DNA from: Alphaproteobacteria bacterium
GTDB lineage: Bacteria > Pseudomonadota > Alphaproteobacteria > SP197
DNA: 64,000 nucleotides
Reading direction: 5' to 3'
Assembly: GCA_964291415.2 (NCBI GenBank)
Contig: OZ219920.1
Coordinates: 1,504,001 to 1,568,000, forward strand
The position numbers and the translations under genes are program-made. Positions 43,579-51,981 of the stretch are shown here, piece by piece. The notes beneath the pieces were generated by a model, which was not told where the DNA came from, searched no databases, and saw only the letters and a program-made list of their open reading frames with translations. Numbering within the stretch: position 1 is the first letter of the stretch; each line of letters starts with the position of its first letter.

Positions 43579-45649
43579 GGTCCATCTCCACGTTGACCCG
43601 GTCGTGCCTGAGCGGATTGTCAGGATCGACGTTGGTGTCGAGTTCGCGGGCGTAACGGTGCCCGGCGTACACCGCCGCGGCGATGATGGCCGGCGCATCG
43701 CAGTCGCCGATCCGCCTGAGCGACTTCGGCGCGCCCTTCTCTCCCGCCTCCATGCTCCGGCGAACCGCCTTGTAGAGGGCATCGTCGGGAATGCGTGACG
43801 TGACGAGAACGATGGCGTCCGCGTCGATATCCCGTTCCTCGCCGCTGGCACTGCAGGCCACCCGGGCCCGACGGCCATCGAAGGAGACCAGTTCATGGGC
43901 CACGACGATGCCCACACCGACCTCCATCAACCGTCTGCGGGCCCGCCAGCGGTCCAGGGTCAGTCCGCCCCAGGCCGAGACGACATCTTCCGGTGTCACA
44001 AGAGTGGTCTCGAGACCCTGGCCACGCAGTGTCTCGGCCATGACAGTACCCATGTAGTAGTGGTCATCGTCGTAGACGAGCACACGACCTTCAGGCAGCC
44101 GTCCGGCCATGATGTCATCGGGCGTGAAGAGGCTCTCACGGGGGCCGAGACAGTCGATTCCCGCGCGATTGCTGGTACCGAATCCGTCGGCTCTCCAGTG
44201 CGCCCCTGTCGCCACCGCGACATGGTCCGCCGCCACCTCGAAGACATCTTCCGGACCCAGCCTGCTTTCAGGATAGATTTCCACGTTGGCGAGCCCGTTC
44301 AACTGGGTCACCCGATAGTCGCGCACACGGCGCCACTCAGCCAGACCGGGAAGCATGGATTCCCTCGACACTCGTCCGCCGAGTTCGCGGGCCGCCTCCG
44401 CAAGCATGACGTCGTATCCGCGTCTCCCTAGGGAAAGGGCTGCTTCCAGGCCGGCCGGACCGGCCCCGACGACGAGAACACGTGACGTGGAATGCCGGCT
44501 GGCGATGGTCTCCGGATGCCAGCCGCGGCGCCACTCCTCGCTCATGGTGGGATTCTGGGTGCAGCGGATGGGAGCGCCGCGGGCATCACCCATGTAGCAG
44601 ATGTTGCAGCCGATGCACTCGCGGATGTCCTCGATGCGTCCCTCCTCGATCTTCTTCGGCAGGAAGGGATCGGCGATGGAAGGCCGCGCCGCGCCGATAA
44701 AATCAACCAGCCCCTTCCTCACCCAGGCCGCCATGGTATCCGGAGACGTGAAGCGTCCCACGGACACGATCGGCTTCGTGGTCAGGGGCCGGATGGTCGA
44801 AACGTAGGCCTCCAGGGACCCTTCGCCGACGAACCGCGACAGTCCCATTTCGAGCGAGTAGTCGCTGACATTGATGTCCCAGAGGTCCGGCAGTTCCCCC
44901 AGCAGTCCCAGCATGTCTTCGGTCTCGCCCGGAACCGGCGTGCCGTCGCCGCCCCCGCCACCGCTGGTCTCGGCGGAAAACCTCACCGCGACAGCCATGG
45001 TCGCGCCGACGGCGTCCTTCGTGTCCTCGATGAGTTCGCGTATCAGGCGCACCCGGTTGGCGAGCGATCCGCCATACTCGTCCGAGCGCGTGTTGAGCAC
45101 CGGCGACAGGAATTGCGACAGCAGGTAATCGTGGGTGGCATAGACGTAGACAATGTCGAACCCTGCCTCCCTGGCGCGCAGCGCGCCATTGCGATGCCAT
45201 CGCCTGACTTCGCGGATGTCTTCGCGGTCCATGGCCCGCGTCTGGAAGGGCTCTCCCGTGGCAAGCGGCATGCTGACCACCCCGAGCGGCACCTGGCGGG
45301 TCAGGTGATTGGCCATCCTTGCGCCGCCCAGAACCAGCTCCACGCCGGCAAGCGAACCGTGCCCGTGCACCTGCTCGGTCATCAGGGCGTGCGCCCGGAT
45401 ATCGCGATCATCCCAGAGCGAGGCCATGGGATAGGGGGTATCGTCAATCGACGGATGAGGGGAACAGTACTCCGTGTTGACCACGGCCCAGCCGCCTTCG
45501 GCTTTCATGGCGCGCAGTCCGGCAAGGATGTGCGGGCTCTGCCAGCCGCTCCCGGTGCAATGAGGCACCTGATAGAACCTGTTTCGGGCGGTTACCGGCC
45601 CGATCGCCACCGGTTCGAACAGGATGTCGTGACGCGGGTCCCGGGCCAT
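43568..45649 (-). CDS. Trimethylamine/histamine dehydrogenase family flavo-iron-sulfur protein
   Basis: NRFYQVPHC (Cys for 6-S-cysteinyl-FMN), VYATH, CIGCNIC..CTQNP 4Fe-4S motif, EEWRRGWHPE, GAGPAG. Confidence 0.9.
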   Translation of the reverse strand: MARDPRHDILFEPVAIGPVTARNRFYQVPHCTGSGWQSPHILAGLRAMKAEGGWAVVNTEYCSPHPSIDDTPYPMASLWDDRDIRAHALMTEQVHGHGSLAGVELVLGGARMANHLTRQVPLGVVSMPLATGEPFQTRAMDREDIREVRRWHRNGALRAREAGFDIVYVYATHDYLLSQFLSPVLNTRSDEYGGSLANRVRLIRELIEDTKDAVGATMAVAVRFSAETSGGGGGDGTPVPGETEDMLGLLGELPDLWDINVSDYSLEMGLSRFVGEGSLEAYVSTIRPLTTKPIVSVGRFTSPDTMAAWVRKGLVDFIGAARPSIADPFLPKKIEEGRIEDIRECIGCNICYMGDARGAPIRCTQNPTMSEEWRRGWHPETIASRHSTSRVLVVGAGPAGLEAALSLGRRGYDVMLAEAARELGGRVSRESMLPGLAEWRRVRDYRVTQLNGLANVEIYPESRLGPEDVFEVAADHVAVATGAHWRADGFGTSNRAGIDCLGPRESLFTPDDIMAGRLPEGRVLVYDDDHYYMGTVMAETLRGQGLETTLVTPEDVVSAWGGLTLDRWRARRRLMEVGVGIVVAHELVSFDGRRARVACSASGEERDIDADAIVLVTSRIPDDALYKAVRRSMEAGEKGAPKSLRRIGDCDAPAIIAAAVYAGHRYARELDTNVDPDNPLRHDRVNVEMDHGS

Positions 45650-45653
45650 CGCG

Positions 45654-46340
45654 TCAGGCCTCGCAGCCAGGCGCCGCCGGTCGTTCGAAATGATGTGGAA
45701 AGACCGTGGCAAGATAGGTCAGGCAGTCCGCTCTCGCGGTCTGCCGGCGGATGTCCCGCGGATACATGAGAAGGTTGAGCCACAGGCCGTCGACCAGGGC
45801 CTCGATGCTGCGGGTAATCCCTTCCGCGTCGGCGCCCTCGTAGCGGCCACTTGCCACCAGTTCCCGGCACAGCCGGCAGATCTCGACATACCTCTCGTCA
45901 TCGAAGCGGTGATGGATCTCGAGATAGGCGGGCCGGTACTTCGCCTGGCCCCAGAAGGCGAACCACACCGCAAGTTTCTTGTTGGAGCAGACCCGGCGAT
46001 CGAAATCCGCCTCCAGGATGGCCTGCAGCTGGTTCGCCGGATCCGGACCGGCATTCAGCATGGCGCCGCGCCACAGCTCATAGTGTTCACGCGCCAGGTA
46101 CCCCAGGGTCTCGACGTAGAGATCTTCCTTGGTGCGGAAGTGAAAGTTGACCACGCCATGCGACAGCCTGGCGCCCTTCGTGACCGTTTCCAGGGTGGTG
46201 CCCGAAAATCCGCGCCTGGCGATGGACTCGATGGTGGCGTCGATCAGCTGCTGGCGCCGTGCCTGCCGGGCGGCAAGACGGCGGTCCGCCGTGCCGGTCG
46301 TTTGCGACCCGGTCGAAGCCGGGGATGCGACAGCTGACAT
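45654..46340 (-). CDS. TetR family regulator, BetI-like
   Basis: RRQQLIDAT...G...TT...A.LSHG.VNFHF..KE HTH; W.AFW; ALVDGLWL. Confidence 0.88.
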   Translation of the reverse strand: MSAVASPASTGSQTTGTADRRLAARQARRQQLIDATIESIARRGFSGTTLETVTKGARLSHGVVNFHFRTKEDLYVETLGYLAREHYELWRGAMLNAGPDPANQLQAILEADFDRRVCSNKKLAVWFAFWGQAKYRPAYLEIHHRFDDERYVEICRLCRELVASGRYEGADAEGITRSIEALVDGLWLNLLMYPRDIRRQTARADCLTYLATVFPHHFERPAAPGCEA

Positions 46341-46367
46341 ATCGCGTCACCTGATTGAGAAGGGAAC

Positions 46368-46398
46368 GGGAACCGGGACCGCTCGTGTCCCGGTTCCC
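46368..46398. terminator. 12-bp stem hairpin after SBP gene
   Basis: GGGAACCGGGAC-N7-GTCCCGGTTCCC; no U-tract, so possibly an mRNA stabiliser. Confidence 0.6.
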
Positions 46399-46427
46399 TG
46401 ATGTCGGACGGAAGGTGCGATGTCCGG

Positions 46428-47540
46428 TCAGAAACCGGCGATCATCTCACCCCAGTCACGGTTGATCTTGGTCTCGATCTCTTCGGTCTGCGCTCTCAGG
46501 AAGACACCCTTGTCCAGAATGTCGGCGGGAGTCCTGGAGAGTCCGCGAGCCGCCAGATCGTCATCGCTGACGAGATCAAACGCCGCGGCACTCGCGTGAC
46601 CATAGCCGTTCTCCACGATCACATACTCCCCGACCTCGGGAGCGAGCATCGCGTTGATGAGATCGTGGGCCTTGTCGTAGTGGGGCGCATCGCTGGTCAG
46701 CACCGTGCCGCAGACCCAGGTCAGCGCTCCCTCCTTGACGTCGGCAAACTTCACCGGAATGCCCTGTCTGGTGAGTTCCAGGGGTGAGCTGTTCCAGGTC
46801 ATGGCCGCCACGAGTTCGCCGGAGGCAAGGGCCTGTTCGACCGTCGTCATGTCACTCTGGCGGAACCTCAGGAGGTCGCGCTGCTGCCTCAGGATATCGA
46901 GAACCTCCGCCAGGGATTCATCGGTCAGGTTGTCGGTATCGACGCCGGCGTAGATGGCGGCGCACCACCAGGCATCCTCGGCCGCATCGATGATCGAAAG
47001 CCTGCCGGCATAGCGCTCGTCCCACAGCAGGCCCCAGGACTCCTCCTCACCCTGCCAGTCGACGATGTCCGTGCGGTAGGTGATCGAGGTCTGTCCCCAC
47101 TCGAAGGGGGCGAACCACTGCTCTCCCTCGTGCTGGGCGTCCTTGATGTTGTAGAGCGCCGGAACCACGTCCTTCCAGTTGGGAATCCGTGACGTGTCGA
47201 TGGGCTGGAGAACGCCCGCGTGCCGCCAGCGTGGCACGTTGTTGCTGCATGGATGAATGAGATCCACGACGAAGCCCGCCCTCACCTTGGTGAAGGCCTC
47301 CTCGGCGTCGCCATAGACCGGACAGTCCGGTTCGACGCCATGTTGTTCGACATAGCCTGGCCAGTAAATCGGATCGTCGTAGCCGGCCCACGTGAAATAG
47401 ATCGCCTGTTCGTCCTGGGCCTGGGCCGCCGTCAACGGCATCACCGTCGACACCAGTCCGACCGCAGCCATCGCCTGGCCAAGTTCGCGACGGCTCAGCT
47501 CCCGGTTTTCAAGTCGCTTGATGGTATCTCTGATATCCAT
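46428..47540 (-). CDS. PotD/PotF-like polyamine ABC substrate-binding protein with Tat-like signal
   Basis: SRRELG signal, FTWAGY, PFEWG, SW..LWD, KEGALTW. Confidence 0.85.
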   Translation of the reverse strand: MDIRDTIKRLENRELSRRELGQAMAAVGLVSTVMPLTAAQAQDEQAIYFTWAGYDDPIYWPGYVEQHGVEPDCPVYGDAEEAFTKVRAGFVVDLIHPCSNNVPRWRHAGVLQPIDTSRIPNWKDVVPALYNIKDAQHEGEQWFAPFEWGQTSITYRTDIVDWQGEEESWGLLWDERYAGRLSIIDAAEDAWWCAAIYAGVDTDNLTDESLAEVLDILRQQRDLLRFRQSDMTTVEQALASGELVAAMTWNSSPLELTRQGIPVKFADVKEGALTWVCGTVLTSDAPHYDKAHDLINAMLAPEVGEYVIVENGYGHASAAAFDLVSDDDLAARGLSRTPADILDKGVFLRAQTEEIETKINRDWGEMIAGF

Positions 47541-47661
47541 GGATGTGATCCTCCAGGTTGTCACCCGCCCGGAGCGCTGTGGCCACGGGTCTCATGTGAG
47601 TCCGCACCACCTGGTTGCGGACCCGGGGAGCATCACCCAGATTTTCTGACTGGTCAATCAA
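47538..47661 (-). promoter_or_regulatory. Duplicated promoter/operator/structured leader, copy B (upstream of SBP operon)
   Basis: Homologue of 38802-38925; TTGACC-17-GATGCT; 5' stem GGGTCCGCA/TGCGGACTC; anti-SD stem CTCCGGG/CCTGGAG. Confidence 0.85.
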
Positions 47662-47727
47662 CTTTGAGACCGGCGTAACGTGGCAGGATTGCGTGTAGAC
47701 TGTCCCGGAACAGCGGGAGTGACCGCC

Positions 47728-49753
47728 ATGCGCGTCGTCGACGCACTGCCATCGAAGGTGGAGGTGAGGGAAGAGGGAGTATGGATCCCGCTCAGACGCG
47801 GCGTTCGCCTGGCGGCGCGCATCTGGCTGCCTGAGGATGCGGAACGCAATCCGGTGCCCGCACTTCTCGAGTATCTCCCCTATCGCAAGCGCGACATGAC
47901 ACGGCCGGGAGACGAGCCGAAACACGCATGGTTCGCCGGTCATGGCTACGCCAGCCTGCGCGTCGACCTCGCCGGCGCCGGCGACAGCTTCGGCGTCATG
48001 CGCGACGAGTACGCACCAGGAGCTCGAGGACGGCAAGGAGGTGATCGCCTGGATTGCCAGGCAGCCCTGGTGCACCGGCGACGTCGGCATGTTCGGCATC
48101 TCCTGGGGCGGCTTCAACTCGCTTCAGGTGGCTGCCCTGCAGCCTCCGGAACTCAAGGCCGTGGTCACCTCGTGCTCCACCGACGACCGCTATGGCGACG
48201 ACATGCACTACATGGGTGGCTGTCTTCTCAACGACAACCTCGACTGGGGCACCACTTTCTTCGGCATCCTGCCTCTCCCCGGAGACCCGCTGATCATGGG
48301 AGAGGGCTGGCGAGAAAACTGGCTAGCGCGGCTGGAGGATGTCCCCTGCCCTGTCGAAACGTGGATGCGCCACCAGACGCGTGATGCCTACTGGCGTCAC
48401 GGTTCGGTCTGCGAGGACTATGGCGCCATCCGCTGTCCGGTCTTCGCCGTTGGGGGCTGGCTCGACGGCTACTCCAATGCCATCTTCCGACTGCTTGCCG
48501 GGCTCGACGTCCCGCGCCTCGGCCTTGTCGGTCCCCATGCCCATCAATGGGGCCACATGGAGAACGCTCCCGGGCCCCACTTCGGATTTCTCCAGGAGAT
48601 GCTGCGCTGGTGGGATCACTGGCTGAAGCACGAGGAAACGGGAATCATGGATGAGCCCATGCTGCGCGTCTTCCTGCAGGACGGGGTGCCGCCTCGTTCC
48701 TGGTACCGTGAGTGTCCGGGTCACTGGATCGGCGAAGTCTCGTGGCCCTCGGCGCGAATCCGCAGCCGCCGCTACCACCTGAACCCGGACGGTCTCGGCG
48801 TTGAGCCGGGCCGAGACGAACAGCGATCCGCCGTCACCCCACAGACACTCGGCCTTGCCGGCGGCGAATGGTGTCCCTACGGCACCGGGGGCGACGGACC
48901 GGAGTTCCCCGGCGATCAGCGCCAGGACGACGGCGCGTCGATCACCTTCGAGAGCCCGCCGCTTGACGCGGACGTGGACATTCTGGGCCAGCCGGTGGCG
49001 GAGCTTGACATCGAGGTCGACAGGCCGGTCGCCTACCTCGTCGCCCGCCTCAACGATGTCCACCCCGATGGCGCGGTGTCGCGGGCGACCTTCGGCGTCC
49101 TCAACCTCACCCACCGCCACGGACACGATGCGCCCGAGGCCATGCCCACGGGCAGCCGGACGGCGGTGCGGTTGACGCTCAACGACTGCGCCTACCGCTT
49201 TCGCAAGGGGCACCGCATCCGCGTGGCGCTCTCAACCACCTACTGGCCGATGCTGTTTCCGGCTCCCGAACCCGTGATGCTGACGGTCCATACCGGGACC
49301 AGTCATCTCGACCTTCCGGTGAGGCCTGCCACGGGCGGACCCCCGATCGGTGACTTCGGGGAACCCGAACAGGCGCCGGCGATGGCAAGCACGCAGATTG
49401 CTGCTCCACAATCGCGCAACGAGGTGACGATCGATCAACGATCAGGCCGTCTCGAGGTGACATCGCAGCGGGGCAGCGGCACCTACCGTATCGAGGACCA
49501 TGGCCTCGAGTTCGCCAGGGACACCAGTGAACGCATGAGCATCACGCCCGACGACCCGCTCTCCGCAGAGAGCGAGTTCGTCGTCTCCACCCACATGAAA
49601 CGCGGCGACTTCGAGGTAAACGTGCGCGCCCGCACCCACCTGAGGGCGTCACGCGACCAGTTCCATCTCGCCGCCGACCTCGACATCACGGAAGGCCGTG
49701 ACCGGATCCTGACCCGCCGCTGGTCCGTGCCCATTGACCGGAATCTTGTGTGA
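47728..49753 (+). pseudogene. CocE/NonD family hydrolase (peptidase S15-like), frameshifted
   Basis: LAARIWLP..EYLPYRKRD...DEY in ORF 47680-48384; QELEDG..GISWGG..DDMHY..RHGSVCED in ORF 47942-49753; shift at ~48014-48020. Confidence 0.88.
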
Positions 49754-49768
49754 TACGCGGTGTGGAAA

Positions 49769-50734
49769 CTATCCTCTGGCAGCCTTCGCCTCGGCAATGG
49801 CACCGAGAAACTCCACCATGGTGTGGGCGCCAAGGTAGGACGTCACGCCGGTGCCGACATCGAGCTTGGGGTTGACTTCAACGAAGTCAAATCCGATGAC
49901 CTCCATGTGCCGTGCCGTGGCGCGCAGGATGTCGCGCAGTTCGGCATAGAGCATGCCGTTGGGTTCGGCGGAGATACAGCCAGGCACGAGCGACATGTCG
50001 AGAACATCGACATCAATCGACACGTACATCTTCTCGCCCCGCGGGAAGGTCTCGTGCACGAAGCCCTCGGGACCCAGCCTGCGGACTTCATCCATGGTGA
50101 CGATGTGGCTGCCTTCGGCGCGGGCATCAATGAACTCCTGAAGGGCGCTCCGCAGGCTGCGGATGCCGATCTGCGTCAGCGACAGCACATGGGCCATGGG
50201 CTTGATGTGGCGGAAGGCATGACCGTTCGTGAACCTCAGGTCGTGCACGAATGGCTGATAATCCATGTGGGCGTCAAAGTGCATGACGTGCATGGGTTCA
50301 CTGAACGCCCTCACCACCGGGTAGGTCACCGAGTGATCGCCACCGATGATGACCGGCATGGCGCCGCGCTCTAGGATGCCTGAGACATCGGCGGTGATGT
50401 TGTCGAATGTCCTTTCGACATTGGTCTCCAGGATGTCGCTGTCCCCGACATCGACGATACGCCGGTTTGCCGTTTCCTCGACCAGATAGGACTTGTCCGT
50501 GAGGATGTCGTAGTAGCCGTCCGAACCGAACCTCAGCGAATGCTCGCGGATGGATCGTGGTGCGAAACGCGACCCGCCCATGAAGGGAGATCCCTCGTCG
50601 GTCGGCGTGCCTAGAATGGCGTAGTCGGCATCGAGAGTGGCAATGTCGTCGCAGTAGTCCTGGCGCAGGAACGTCGCGATTCCGCCGTAGGGCGAGTTGT
50701 AGCGGCCTGCCGGCCCCCGCATGTTGATCTGCAT
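49769..50734 (-). CDS. Ureohydrolase (agmatinase/arginase family)
   Basis: GSRFAP..IR, GGDHS, FDAHMD, SIDVDVLD, VEVNP. Confidence 0.9.
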   Translation of the reverse strand: MQINMRGPAGRYNSPYGGIATFLRQDYCDDIATLDADYAILGTPTDEGSPFMGGSRFAPRSIREHSLRFGSDGYYDILTDKSYLVEETANRRIVDVGDSDILETNVERTFDNITADVSGILERGAMPVIIGGDHSVTYPVVRAFSEPMHVMHFDAHMDYQPFVHDLRFTNGHAFRHIKPMAHVLSLTQIGIRSLRSALQEFIDARAEGSHIVTMDEVRRLGPEGFVHETFPRGEKMYVSIDVDVLDMSLVPGCISAEPNGMLYAELRDILRATARHMEVIGFDFVEVNPKLDVGTGVTSYLGAHTMVEFLGAIAEAKAARG

Positions 50735-50749
50735 GTTGCGTAACCCCAG

Positions 50750-51238
50750 CTAGAACCGTCCAAGAACCAGAAACCGCAACCCCGGTTCCCCCGTTGCCGG
50801 AAGCCTGTCCCAGGTCGCTTCCATCTTCAACAGCGCACCGCCCCCGCACAACTCCTCGCAGGCGTCCGCCATCCCGCCTAGAGGCGCCACCGCAAGGGAC
50901 ATCACCCCTCCCGCCCTCAGCAGCCTGACGAGACCGTCAAACACCTCGACAGACGCATCGTCACCGCTGAAAACCCGTGATGCGATGACAGCGTCGTAGC
51001 TGCGATCCGGCAGATCGGCCGGCGATCCGGCGCTGAAGAGCCGGCGGTAGACGCCCCTCCCTCGCGCGCGTGCCAGCATGCCGGACGCGACATCCATGCC
51101 ATCAATGACCCGGTATCCCAGACCGGACAGAACCGCACCGGCCGCTCCGTCTCCGCACCCCCAATCGAGAATTTCCGCCCGGCGATCGTCCAGGTGGCGG
51201 GCAAGGTTATCGCAGCATCCGGCAGCGCCATCACGCAT
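50750..51238 (-). CDS. Class I SAM-dependent methyltransferase, possibly N-terminally truncated
   Basis: ILDWGCGDG motif I, DGMD...ML..AR.RGVY, YDAV; very short region before motif I. Confidence 0.6.
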   Translation of the reverse strand: MRDGAAGCCDNLARHLDDRRAEILDWGCGDGAAGAVLSGLGYRVIDGMDVASGMLARARGRGVYRRLFSAGSPADLPDRSYDAVIASRVFSGDDASVEVFDGLVRLLRAGGVMSLAVAPLGGMADACEELCGGGALLKMEATWDRLPATGEPGLRFLVLGRF

Positions 51239-51280
51239 CGCTTCCCTCCGTCAGTCCGGGTGACGGGCCAAAGACCAGGG

Positions 51281-51868
51281 TCATGGTCTCGCCCGCGTCG
51301 CCAGCGAGGCGATCAGCGCTTCGGCGGCCGCAAGCGCCATGGCGCGGTAGCGAGGCGGTGCTCCGAGGGTCCGCATCGACTGGTGGTCGTTGTAGATGGC
51401 AGCAAGGCCGTGGGCAACGGTCGTGATGGCATCCGGATCCGCATCGGGAAACGAGGCGCGCAAGACATCCTGAAGCGCATCGGCGAAACCCTGCAGCCAG
51501 CTCTCGAGGCGGGCGGCAATTGCCGGGTTGCGGCGGGCGGCGGAGTAAACCGATTCAAGGACTGGCAACGCGTCGTCCGGTGCATCCCAGAACAGGTAGT
51601 GCGGCAGACCGCCGACGCCGGGGTTGGCGATGAACCAGGTTCGCATGTCGTCGTTCTGCCGCTGAAGGTGAACTTCCAGACGATCGAGAAACGCCGCAAC
51701 CAAATTGTCGCGATTGCCGATGTAGTGCCGGATGATCGAGCGGCGGACACCCGCTTCACCGGCCACCTCCTCCAGGGAAACGGCATCCAGCCCCGAACGC
51801 GCCACGCACCGCGAGAACGCATCCAGGATCTGTTCCGATCGTTCGGCACTGAGGTCAGGACGCGCCAT
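51281..51868 (-). CDS. TetR family regulator
   Basis: MARP...R..QILDAF..C....G....SLEEVA..AGV...IIRHY HTH. Confidence 0.9.
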   Translation of the reverse strand: MARPDLSAERSEQILDAFSRCVARSGLDAVSLEEVAGEAGVRRSIIRHYIGNRDNLVAAFLDRLEVHLQRQNDDMRTWFIANPGVGGLPHYLFWDAPDDALPVLESVYSAARRNPAIAARLESWLQGFADALQDVLRASFPDADPDAITTVAHGLAAIYNDHQSMRTLGAPPRYRAMALAAAEALIASLATRARP

Positions 51869-51908
51869 GGATGTCATCCCGGGTTGTGAGTGTCGTGTGG
51901 AGAGTGTT

Positions 51909-51947
51909 GATTGTCACTCTTGACAATCTATACTGGCGAACCATACT
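51909..51947 (+). promoter_or_regulatory. Putative TetR operator overlapping the monooxygenase promoter
   Basis: Perfect inverted repeat GATTGTCA-CTCT-TGACAATC (51909-51928) containing TTGACA (51920-51925), 16 bp before CATACT. Confidence 0.7.
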
Positions 51948-51981
51948 TGTCATCCACGAACACCGAGAGAGGGCTGGTTTC

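Noticed and set aside
47990-48030. Programmed ribosomal frameshift in cocE
   Set aside because: No slippery heptamer or clear stimulatory structure; mutation or error is simpler.
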